Source: Magallana gigas (lineage: Eukaryota). From it: a stretch of 64,000 nucleotides of DNA. This document shows, piece by piece, positions 1 through 11,000 of this stretch. How positions within the stretch are numbered: the first letter of the stretch is position 1; each line of letters begins with the position of its first letter. The notes beneath the pieces were generated by a model. It saw only the letters and a list, made by a program, of their open reading frames with translations. It ran no database searches and was not told the DNA's origin. The stretch lies in contig NC_088854.1 of NCBI RefSeq assembly GCF_963853765.1, forward strand, positions 2,976,001-3,040,000, given 5' to 3'. A program made the translations under genes and the position numbers.

Positions 1-520
1 ATAACTATATGTACTTTGAATATGACAGAAGCACTATAAACAAATTATCGGCTGCGGAATTAGACATTAGAAAGTACGAGATCCAACAACTGATTGTGTC
101 GAAATTTGAACATGGAAACAAAATTCTCTTCCATGGTCGCTTTTGAGATGACGGCTTTGTTGCATTTTACGGCACTGAGAGTGAGACATTGGAATTCTTT
201 GACATAGGTAACAACTGTTAAAAACATCTCAAATTCATTTTCGAAATTGCTCAAACTCGGTGACTTTTGGATACGTTGGTTTATAGAGGTAAAAAATTTT
301 TACTCACAAGAAACTTTTAGGTTACATCAAACCCAGCAGTTTTCTCTTTTAGCAAGGGGGATTCAAAATATACAAATGACCCTCATGTTTTAAAAGTATT
401 CTTAACAAAGTTCAAGATGCACATGTATTGTCTAAGAGACATGAAATTTTTGAGTTATTAAGTGCTGTTAAAGACGCACATAATAGTTATAGCCAAAGTC
501 ATTTAAAAGAATTCTTAAGG
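1..520 (+). mobile_element. Degenerate Penelope-like (PLE) reverse transcriptase fragment
   Basis: Frameshifted and stop-interrupted + strand translation gives NYMYFEYD / KHYKQIIGCG, then KILFHGRF*DDGFVAFYGTESETLEFFDIGNNC*KHLKFIFEI..LLDTLVYRG. This follows the order of PLE-type RT motifs (NYFEF..YKQ..G.AMG; RY[I]DD; LKFT.E...FLD..VY). End coordinate is approximate. Confidence 0.5.
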
Positions 521-578
521 ACATATTAGAAGTAATGCAAACTTATCAAGTCAGGATTGTATGAAGAATTTCCGAGAC

Positions 579-860
579 GTAGAGGTCGGATGCAACGGGT
601 TCCCAGCGCCATTAGTGTTAAGATGCTTGCAAGATTAGGGCTGTTAGGAAGAGAATACAGAACAGCAATAAAAAGACTGGAGAGGCAGCAGAGAGACCAT
701 CCTGCTGGATATGGTACCGTCGGGGAGATCTATTCTATAAGTCGGGACTTATCGGTTAGTAGATTGCTGCTGACCCACCGACTGAAAGATGTAGTTTAGA
801 AATGAAGCAACCAATGATGGTTGGATACCATCTGATGACGATCGGAACCGATGGCCGAGC
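579..860 (+). mobile_element. 3' remnant of a restriction-like-endonuclease non-LTR retrotransposon (HERO/R2-group-like) with 3' UTR
   Basis: Across two frameshifts it reads VEVGCNGFP / SVKMLARLGLLGREYRTAIKRLE / AAERPSCWIWYRRGDLFYKSGLIG* (stop 757-759). This matches the C-terminal VEVGCRGF...AAE.AS.WLW.RR signature of RLE non-LTR elements. Confidence 0.6.
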
Positions 861-1116
861 ACAAGAAGCGAAATACAAGTACATAAAAAGTGAAACATAC
901 TAAAGAGTATGAAGCTAACAAATACCAAAAAATCAATTGTCGGTAAGTGCAAACAATATCGTATGGATAATATTTTTTAACAAAATGTTTGTATGAATAG
1001 AAAACTTACTAATAGTGTACAAAATGTTTACCTTTATAAACAATATTCAAAATAGTGTTGGCATGCACAATTAATCTTAAAAAAACAAGATAGTTTGTTT
1101 AAAATCCACTACATAC

Positions 1117-2601
1117 CCCCTGCGTCCAGCACAAGATATTTCGTGCCTTCTTGAAATGATACAATAGCCCCTTGGTTCAGTTTCTCCACTGGAATTGTCT
1201 TGCACCAAATGGAAGCTGCCTCGGGTTCCAATGCAATCCGCAGATCCTTCCTGGGAATACCTGCCTTCAATGAGACACACCAAAGTTTATTTTCTCTGCG
1301 TTTCTTGGTGTGCTTGAGGAATTTTCAATGTCATATTCTTAAGGAAGTTTAGACAATTTATTACATTGTCGATTTTCTTCAAGCATAGAAACCAAGTAAC
1401 CGTATCACTCACAATCATGTATGACTTTCCTACAAAATGAGTACCTGTTCGGCGGCTTTTCTCATGAACTGTTTGGCGGGATCGTCCCATATAGCGGGAA
1501 CAGTTAACACCCAGATGATTTTGAAGTCATCTACTTTGATACCACGCCCTTCCAGATTTTTGAATAAGTGATTTTTCATGAACTTTACAGCATGAGTGAA
1601 TATCTCCAAAGCCGGCATCTCTCTGCCTTGGATGTCTTTCACCTTTGCGTCCATTGTAAGTCTCTAAAGATTTTATCATTGATATTCTTTTATATAGAGA
1701 AAGGCGATTGAATTCAATAAACAATACAATAAAACATAAAAATCATTTCGATGTGATTTAAAGTTAAAATTTGAGAAAATATTGATATCGACATGCCGAT
1801 TTGCGTACATTGCGTGCTGAAAGTTAAGCATTAATTAACTCGTGTTGGTTGGTCGAACTTGATCCACGTCGAAACTTGACCAAAATGATTAGCGGATTTA
1901 TTTATCTCTTGTTTTAGAGGTTCAAACCAAAAATAAAATCCGCCGTTTTACTTTTTATCTGAAATTCCTCAGTCTTTTAAAGGTATTCAGTTCAATTCCT
2001 TTAATAATTTTACTTCTAGCAATTTTTGTATTGAATTAATTTTTCTTGAGTTTCCTAAGTGTCTACTGGTATACCTGTGAAGATAAGTTATGTGAAACTT
2101 GTGGTTATTCATCGAGAGAAAGCATTCAACCTTCAAAATATATCCAAGCCATTTCAAGCAAGGTTTTCCTGTGACCCCAATCGTTGTCTCATGTAACGTG
2201 CATAAATGAATAGATACGGGTTATTGTTAAGGGATTCGATCATTTCATTAAAGAAACAATTACCTTTAGTATTAATTTACCTCTTTTCGAATTTGATCGT
2301 AAAGCATCATTTTGAATCTATGGAAGTATAAATAATCTAAGTGTTCTTCTCCTGAATACATCTCTTCTGCCTCGTATCCAAAGGCGACCAGCTCTTTCTC
2401 CTCATTCAGTAGAACGGTGGTGGGGAGTTTGAGAGACATGATGCCCCCATTACCATGCCACTGGAAACAGAACACTTGTGTCGGATCTTCGTCCAATTCA
2501 TTTTTAAAACCAAAGGCATACCCTGAGTAGGTGGTACCAAAATCAATAGCAGCTATCATATTAGAAATGCTACCCTTCTCCCTTGCCGACATTTTAGCCA
2601 T
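1117..2601 (-). CDS. HSPA12: Heat shock 70 kDa protein 12-like (HSPA12 family), first three coding exons; gene incomplete in the window
   Basis: Exons 2281-2601, 1445-1663 and 1117-1264 have canonical AG/GT sites and matching phases. Motifs: IAAIDFGTTYSGYAF, KLPTTVLLN, WVLTVPAIWDDPAKQFMRKAA, LRIALEPEAASIWC, KYLVLDAGG. The next exon (GGTVD...) is not found at 1-1116. Confidence 0.9.
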
Positions 2602-3755
2602 CTAAAAGATCAATTGTTTAATATATAGAACCCTATTTGTTGATTGATAAATCATTTTCCATTAATCTGGAAACTATTAATTTAAAAAAATGGAAGGTCT
2701 TACCCTGGTTCAAACCGAAAGTAGATTTGACGTTTACCTGTCTAATCGGCACACCTCGGTCCAATTGTTATACACAAACATTCCGAATATATGATATACC
2801 CATCATGAATATCTTATTGGTACATGTTTAAAAGGTTGAGAAAACAAGGCTACCGAGTTGTAATATTTTGTGAATTATTTCTGTCAATTAAACAACTGAA
2901 TTTTTATTTTATGATTTTATCTTATTTAGATACAAAAATGATTTCTAGATGAATACACGGCCAATAAATTCAAGAATGTGTACAGTAATCTTCACTACGA
3001 CCGCTTATAATAGGAATTCTTTCATGGTAATGTTCTCTGAATGGTATTGAAGGTAAAGCAGGGCAATAGTCACATTTGAAACTTTGAATTTAAAGCAAGA
3101 TGAGTGACAGTGAATTTCAGGCTATACTACCCTATACCGCAATACCACCCTATAATTAGAACGTAAAGATCATGCATAACAATCTGAGAGGCACTAGAAA
3201 TCTGTATGGTAGCCTAGCAACCATGTTTTTCCGCCTCAATTGTCACATGACTACCAAAGGATATATAAATAAACATATTTCCACTGTGGTGGTCAGTTTT
3301 ATAGCAGAAGCAGAAAAAAGGGGCTTGTTATTTGATCCGGTAGGGGGATTGCATTGCAACACAGGCTTGGCATATATAAATAGCCGACTTTTTCATTGCG
3401 CATAATTTTGTGCATTCTAGTAAACTTTTGATGATTTTTATTCGATACCAAATATTAGATTTAACACAATAAACAAAATATATAGGAACAATTTCTTTTT
3501 TAAAGGATTTTTATACTGGACGGTAGGTGAGAGCTGCCGTTGTGCCTTTATGACGTCAAGATAAAATGAAGCTTTAAGAAGCACGTTTGAAATTTTATTC
3601 ACAGGGCAATGATTTCCTCGGGGTTATTTTTCTTAATTTTTCAATGATTTCATTGTACCTATCTACATTATTAATACTCCAAATGTATATTAAACTTTGA
3701 CGCATTTTAATATTTTGAGATGGCACCACTAAAGGCCAGACGGTGGAATTTAGTA

Positions 3756-4912
3756 TTTTAGCTCACCTGAGCTAAAAGCTCCAACCAAACTTGGCACAAA
3801 GCATCCTTAGCCTAAGGGGATTCAAAGTTGGGAAAATTAATGAACACGCCCTTTTGCAAAGAGAGATAATTAGGAATTTATGAAAATTTTCGAGAAATTC
3901 CAAAATCTTTTTCTCACGAACCATCAGACAAGGAAAGCTGAAACTTGTGTGAAAGCGTCCTCAGGTAGTGTGGATTCAAAGTTGTGAAAATCATGAACCC
4001 CGGAGGTAGGGTGGGGCCACAATGGGGGGTCGAAGTTTAACATAGGAATATATAGAGTAAATCTTTAAAAATCTTCTTCTCAGAAACTAATCAGCCAGGA
4101 AAGCTGAAACTTGTGTGGAAGCATCTTCAGTTAGTGTAGATTATAAGTTGTGAAAATCATGACCCCCGGGGGTAGGGTGGCGCCACAATGGGGGGGGGGT
4201 CGAAGTTTAACATAGGAATATATTTAGTATATATTTAAAAATTTTCTTCTCAGAAACTAATCAGCCAGGAAAGCTGAAACTTGTGTGAAAGCATCCTCAG
4301 GTAGTGTAGATTCAAAGTTGTAAAAAATCATGACCCCCGGAGGTAGGGTAAGGTGGGGCCACAATGGGGGGTCGAAGTTTTACATAGGAATATACAGAGT
4401 AAATCTTTAAAAATCTTCTTCTCAGAAACTAAACAGCCAGCAAAGCTGAAACTTGTATGGAAGCATCCTCAGGTAGTGTAGATTCAAAGTTGTGAAAATC
4501 ATAAACCCAAGGGGTAGGATGGGGCCAAAATGGGGGTCCAGGTTTAACATAGGAAAATATAGAGTAAATCTTAAAAAATCTTCTTCTCAGAAACTAATCA
4601 GCCAGATGATTCTTTATAATTGTTAAGACTTTGGCCCCAGGACAATTCTTTGGCCTCACAAGAAGGTTCAGAGTTTGATGTAGGTTTATATCCCATATAA
4701 ACTATTGTTAAGGATCTTTTTAAGAACTGCAATACCTAACATGTGATATGACTATAAATCATCCTGTTAGAAAGGGACTAATGATTATAAACATAAGAAT
4801 ATCCAGGGGGGAAATGGATTTTATTTATGCAGAATCTACATGTATTATTGTACATTGTCCAGATAGTTTGTATTGTAACTCCATTAAGCTGATTTTATCA
4901 TACCTATTGTTC

Positions 4913-4947
<35 letters not shown>
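3756..4947 (+). mobile_element. Non-autonomous Helentron/HINE (pearl-like) element with internal satellite array
   Basis: Subterminal inverted repeat GCTCACCTGA (3761-3770) / TCAGGTGAGC (4914-4923), 3' palindrome GGCCCATGGGCC (4929-4940), T-rich flanks and a central tandem array. Confidence 0.85.
3931..4605. repeat. Four tandem copies of a 166-172 bp satellite (resembles the oyster Cg170 satellite)
   Basis: Units start at 3931, 4097, 4267 and 4439 (AG[G/C]AAAGCTGAAACTTGT...CTTCTTCTCAGAAACTAATCAGCC). Confidence 0.85.
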
Positions 4948-4949
<2 letters not shown>

Positions 4950-5461
4950 CATTTAAGATCGAAATGATATGATAATAATATCTTACAATTTGAGGAAAAT
5001 TGCTGTTGTAGTATTTTTAATCTGCTTTGAAGTGCAGAAAATGACAATTTCCTATATTTCCATAGTAAATGTACTTGTATTCTGAGATGGCCTCTATGAA
5101 GAACCAGATGGTAGATTTTCTTGAAACTTCGCAAATAAACTAGAGTTGGTTTAATTACGTGGTCAAAAAAAAGTGTTGCTTTTGTAATTTTTTTGCAAAA
5201 ACAAAACCCTAATCAACCTCTTTGAGAATAACTGTATTTAGAGGTCGACACCGTAATTGCCAGATGTTGTAGAGGTGACCTCCTGGAAGTTCACCAGTGG
5301 CATCCCTATTTATCTAATAGGAAGGATGGTGGCCATAAAGTGTAGGTAGTCCATGGTCCGTCCTGAATAAGCCATGAACACTGGGACTGTTACTGGAGAC
5401 TGTTCTTGACATATTACACGTTTTAGCTCACAGGGGACATTTTTTTAAACAAAGACTAGTA

Positions 5462-7479
5462 GGTGCGTTCAGAGTTGTACCGTTGGTGAAATTAAGATTT
5501 ACCGCTGGCAGCATTTGGTTGCCATTGGTGAACTATGGTAGCCAATGGTCACCAAATGCTGCCATTTGTAGCAATTTGCATAGGTAGTACCATGAACGAT
5601 TTTTTGTCAAATTCAAACAAATGGTATCCTTTGGTTAGACTTGGTTACCAACTAAACATATAAAACAGTTAAAAACAAAACAAAATACCTTTCCTCTGTG
5701 TAGTGTGACTGTTTCCCTTTAAAACAGCTTCATTGAGTGATTGATTATACTTATTCCCAATTATATAAAGAGGTCTACAAAATAACTACCAATCTAGCTA
5801 TCATTAATACAAAGAAAGTAAAAATTAATTGCAAAATTGATAATAAATATTTAGCGCCAGCAAAAAGTATATTATTTACAATCAATTTTAACAGGAGCTT
5901 GGACTTTGGGTAGTTGTGTCAAACAGCAATGTGACATAGGCCTATCAATTATTTCTTTTCTGACCACTCAGCCATGGATCTTTGAAATCAACAAGATTTG
6001 TCTGCCTTATATATAAAGCCATTTCTACGCAATCTTTGCATATTTCGCTCGATATCAGCATCATTTAACTTGATTTGATGCAAGAAGAAGTAACGTCCTA
6101 CCGAGAGTCCAAGCTTGAATATCAAAATCAGTGGCGGATCCAGGAATTTGAAAACGGGGGGCGCAGTTAAAGGCAGGGGGTCCAGGGCGAAGCCCTGGTG
6201 GGGGTCCAGGGGGCGAAGCCCCCGGAAGCTCCTGAAATCTAGATATTTTTAAAGACAAAATCATGTTGTCTGGAGGGCCAATTTTTACTTATTTTCCCGT
6301 CATTTTAGTCACTAGAAATGTTACCAAAATGTTATGAGACATTTAATTTTGAAGTAACAAAAGCTGCAGAAAGTTTCAATTGAGCTCTTACAAATAAGAA
6401 GTATTTATTTCATTGTATCTGGGATAAGACTTTTAACTAAATTTTGTTCATTTTGTAGGCTTTTGCAATTTTACTCAATAATATTGTTATTTGTCATAAT
6501 TGTCCAGGAGAAAATTTGCACCAATGAGTTTGTCGGTCGTAAATAATTAAAATAAATAAAAACAAGAAATACTTCAAAATATCTTACACAATTATAGCTG
6601 TTTTATTTAAATGGATTGTTAGACACCATTCTTCTTGGGTTTTTTGTTAATGAAGATGTCGACAATTTTCTTGTAGTCTAGGGGAATATCTCTGTGAATT
6701 TGGAGAAGAGTAAGGGCGTTTAACCGGTCCTGTCCCATAGTACTTCTCTGGGAGGATTTAATACGTTTTATTGCTGAGTTTCCTCGTTCAACAGTAGCAC
6801 TCGACACAGGAATAAGTAATAGAAGAGTAATTATTCTGTGAATATTATGTACTACATAAACCGAGTCTTACACAAGAAGTCCATTCGTACACAAGTTGAG
6901 CCGTTCCTATTTTTTTTTTAATTACTAAACTATATCGAATGAAATAACACTTCTACATGAATATGCCTACAAATTATAAATCTTTGTATTTTTCATTTTA
7001 CAAATTGAATTTAATATTAAAGTAAAGCATGACTTTATATGATCAGAAAAAAATCATCCACAAAAAAAAAAAAAAAAATCAAACGGGGGGGCGCGCGCCC
7101 GGCGCGCCGGCGCTGGATCCGCCACTGAAAATGGTTCTCTATCACTTATTCTCTATAATAATGACATGTTTCTGGGTATAGAAGCTGGTTTTAGAAGCCC
7201 TCAGTTGTATTCATTCAATAAGATATGCATATATTTTATTCTAAAGTCTTTATTTACATAATTATCTAGGGGCATCTTATAACCCGCCATGTTGAATAAT
7301 GGCGTCACCTACCAAACTTGCCTAAGCTCTAGGCTGCTGGTAGAATTGGTGACCTCATTTGAAATTGAAAGTACACCAATGGTCAACATTGGAAACCAAT
7401 TGCTACCATTGGGAACTATTTGTAGACATTGGGGACCGAACTTGCCGTTGGTAAAAATCTGGTGAACTCTGAACGCATC
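5462..7479. mobile_element. Non-autonomous TIR DNA transposon with TA target-site duplication, hosting a nested hAT derivative
   Basis: TIR GGTGCGTTCAGAGTT (5462-5476) / AACTCTGAACGCATC (7465-7479), one mismatch. TA flanks both ends. Repeated CCAATGG/CCATTGG subterminal motifs at both ends. Confidence 0.65.
6129..7127 (-). mobile_element. Internally deleted hAT-superfamily element with transposase C-terminal dimerisation-domain remnant
   Basis: Perfect 15-bp TIR CAGTGGCGGATCCAG / CTGGATCCGCCACTG, flanked by AAAAT on both sides. ORF 6619-6807 and upstream reads LLLIPVSSATVERGNSAIKRIKSSQRSTMGQDRLNALTLLQIH, the hAT C-terminal dimerisation motif. Confidence 0.85.
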
Positions 7480-7884
7480 TAGTCTTATTGTTTTTTTATG
7501 TGTTTAATTTGTTATTTGTTCTTTGGCATGATCAATCAAAGCAAATTCATTTTTATACATAATCAAATTTATTTCCTTTGATGCATATACTCTAAACAAG
7601 TAAGTCTCAGCTTTTAAAAAAATGTTGAGGATTACCAGTATTCAAAACAAAACATACAATAACAATAAACAGATGAATGTAAATCTCTCATAATCTCTCA
7701 ACACATAATCCAGGCATCAAAACCTAGATAAAGTACATGTAGATGTAAAGCCATTTTAACAAGAGCTTGGACTTTGGATATAGTTGTGTCAAACAGCTAT
7801 CATTTTTTTTACTTGTTTCGATGCAAGACGTACATATTCCTAGGTCTTGTTAAAATGGCTCTAACAAGTAACAAAGTAATAAAT

Positions 7885-8016
7885 TGATCAAAACATAGTG
7901 CACTGACAAAGAAAGACATAGTTCTCAAACACATTTGGGAGTCCCCCTGATCTGATCAAAACGTAGTGCACTGAAAAAGAAAGACATAGTTCTTGAACAC
8001 ATATTTGGGAGATCCT
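7885..8016. repeat. Two-copy ~68 bp tandem duplication in the DCTD 3' UTR
   Basis: GATCAAAAC[A/G]TAGTGCACTGA[C/A]AAAGAAAGACATAGTTCT...CATTTGGGAG occurs twice in direct orientation. Confidence 0.8.
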
Positions 8017-8035
8017 TTATGGGGAATTGGTTGAC

Positions 8036-11000
8036 CTAGAAAGAAGTCTGGTCAGCTTTTAAGACTTCTTTCACATTTGTCCCTGTCATTGCATCAATGG
8101 CTGTGAAATCTATCAAAATCTGCTTCTGTTTGGGAATGTGTTGCCTGCAACATATCAAAATACAGCAAATCATTAATGTATGAATTAATCCATTAAGAGT
8201 ATAACTATTCCATAGTTTCTGACATGGGAATCAATTTCTGAATTAATTTGATTCATGTCATCTGAAAATGTTTGATTCTAAGTTAGACATGGAATCCTTA
8301 GCTACAAACTGTATGTGTAAAACTTTGAACAATGAAATAACAAAGATTTACCAACATTTTACCTTTCCCATCTCTAGCAACATTTCAGAAGAATTCTTTA
8401 CAATGATTTATTAACAACTAATCAATATTTGCCTCCTGACATGTGCAGCATACTTCTAGAAGAATTATTTACAATGATTTAATTATTAACAACTAACCTA
8501 TATTTGACCCCTGCCATGTCTAGCATTTTTTTGGAGGCCACAAACTCGGGTTTGTCCTTGTATTTGTCCGAGTAGTATACCACCTCCTTTATCCCCGACT
8601 GTATCACGACCTTGGCACATTCATTGCAGGGAAACAACGCCACATAAATCGTGCAGTTCTTGACGTCCGCAGAGTTCTTGTTTAACACAGCATTCAACTC
8701 CGCATGACACACTAAAAGATTAATGCGAAAAAAAAAGAGTTAATATTTTGCGATAACACCAACTGCAAAATACCGATGTATCATAGACCTTCAAATTAAA
8801 ATATTTACAATGACATACTATTATATAATAATATCATGCAAGACTTCTCCAAGGAAAAAAATATTTCACACAATATGGCTTACAAATAAAATGACATCAC
8901 AATACATAAAATGAAATAAAACATACAAAGAGCTGCTAAATCTTATCACTTTATGTAGAAAATCAAATCTACAAGCACACATGTGGAAAGTTGACGCATC
9001 AAATAGTGTACATGAGCCTCGAAAATACTGAAACTTGGTAAAGTATCAGTGAAAATAATTAACACTGCCAATCGAAAAGCTGTACAAAATAAGGTTAAAA
9101 TCATCAATTAAGATACCTTATTTGTAAATGCAATGATGATATTACAGCTAGCATTAAAGAAGTATCAAAAATAGGGCATCCAGGATTTGGGTAATCATGA
9201 GCAGTAATCATAATCAGCTGTAATCGATTACAGGTTGCTGAGTAATAATCAGTAATCATTCATTTTCTGATTAAAAGTAATCGTACTTTATTTAATTACT
9301 CTTAAAAAAGGGCCTGTAATCATGGTGAATTTTTCATTACTTTATAATTACAATATTAAAATTAAAATGCTTGAATTGCTTTAGTTATTAGATGATTAAG
9401 CTTCAACCTTAGATATGGTTTCAGTAAGAACTGGGTATTATTTATGTTATATGTGTTTTAGAAGCTAATTATTGCAGGTGTGTTTTAAGTCAGCTTGGGT
9501 ACTGTTATAGCAACATTGATGTATCAACGCGGCTATGTTAAGGCTGCCCGATTAATTTCACAGCGATATGTAGAAAGTCACTTGTCTGTACTTCATAAGA
9601 TATGACGTCATAGTTAACTTTGACGTCACGATCTGCATTCCTTTCGATCGTTCTTAGGTAACGTAATAAGTGCTATTCATTGTGCATAATAAAACCGCTT
9701 CATTCCTTTACATAGACACTGTTGTAAATACTAGTGATACTAAATTCAATATCACCAATATGGAGTATAAAAAAATCAACAGTTTTAAAGCTTCGTAATA
9801 GGTAAATAACTATTCATAAACTAATGGTTTTGAGACTCCCGCTGCTACGTGTAATCTAATGAATGGTGATATGTATGTGCATATAAAAAACGGCTTGGCA
9901 CAAGTGAAAGATAAAAACAATCTTAGTATATTTTACGTGAAATCGGGAGAGAAAATAAGTACCACTGTGAATCTTGCTGGGGGAAACCTACTGATTGACC
10001 CGATTTTGTGTAAATCGAGCCTAAAAGGTAAAAATGTGCCTAATTTCGATGGCGGTGCGAAATGTTTTGACAATATTTCAAATAAACGAAATATTTATAT
10101 AAACCCCCAGCAAGAACTGCAAAATACATTACTTATCGAAGGATTTTTCATAAAAATATTTTTGATTTAATGTCATTATTCACTTGTGCCGATGCGATTT
10201 TTATAGATTATTTACCGTGTTAGAATACACCCGTCACGTGCTTAAGAAAAATATATGACGTCACAAAAATACATCAAATATAGTGTTGGATGCCACTGTT
10301 AACTTATGTAATAAAAGTTTAAAGAAACTCACTCGGTTAAAGCATTTTTCGATAATTAAAATAGTATCATTGTTCGATATATATTTAGCTTCGGACAGCC
10401 TTAACATAGCCGCGAAAGCATGCCTTGTCAACAATGATATTAATTGTAGAAAAAATATATACCAATCTGTAGTGTATGTTCTAGACTAAAATAATCACCT
10501 GTCATCATTATTACAAGAAGTAAAAGTAATATAATGTAATCAATTACTTTTAAAATTGGATGAAATCAGCTTGTAATTGATTACTTTTAAAAATCCAAAG
10601 TAATTGTACCAATGGCATTTGGAGAAAAATTCAAAAGACAGTAAAACAATTTCATTTTTTTCTGAATTTTTGCACCTGCCCTATGGTGCATAAAATTTGC
10701 TTATTTTGATAGAGTGGTTTTTATTATGATAAAATAAATTTTGACATGGTCCCTGTATGCACAGGTTTGCGGGAGTTATCGCTCTTTGCGCAATCCCATG
10801 CGCAATTTTTGCAGTTAAGTTTTGGCGCCATATATATGCAAGCTGTTCGGCGAGCAGCTCTTTTTTCTCTCCATGCAGGAGGGTCACCCATACGATCTTC
10901 GTTCCAGAGACCGGGCGGTTCTTGACTTTATAAGATCGTGTGACGACTCGTCAGACGAAATGAGCGACAGCCATGCAGAATTAGAGGCCTCCGGCGGCTT

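Noticed and set aside
800-875. CTGATGA flanked by short hairpins in the non-LTR 3' UTR, suggesting a hammerhead ribozyme
   Set aside because: The base before stem I is G (no NUH cleavage triplet), and no GAAA or stem III is correctly placed.
3090-3577. Possible Kolobok MITE bounded by TTAA
   Set aside because: Only 3 bp of terminal inverted match (AGC/GCT), which is not enough to call.
9859-10170. 103-aa ORF on +
   Set aside because: It lies inside an AT-rich MITE, shows no recognisable domain and has no splice context.
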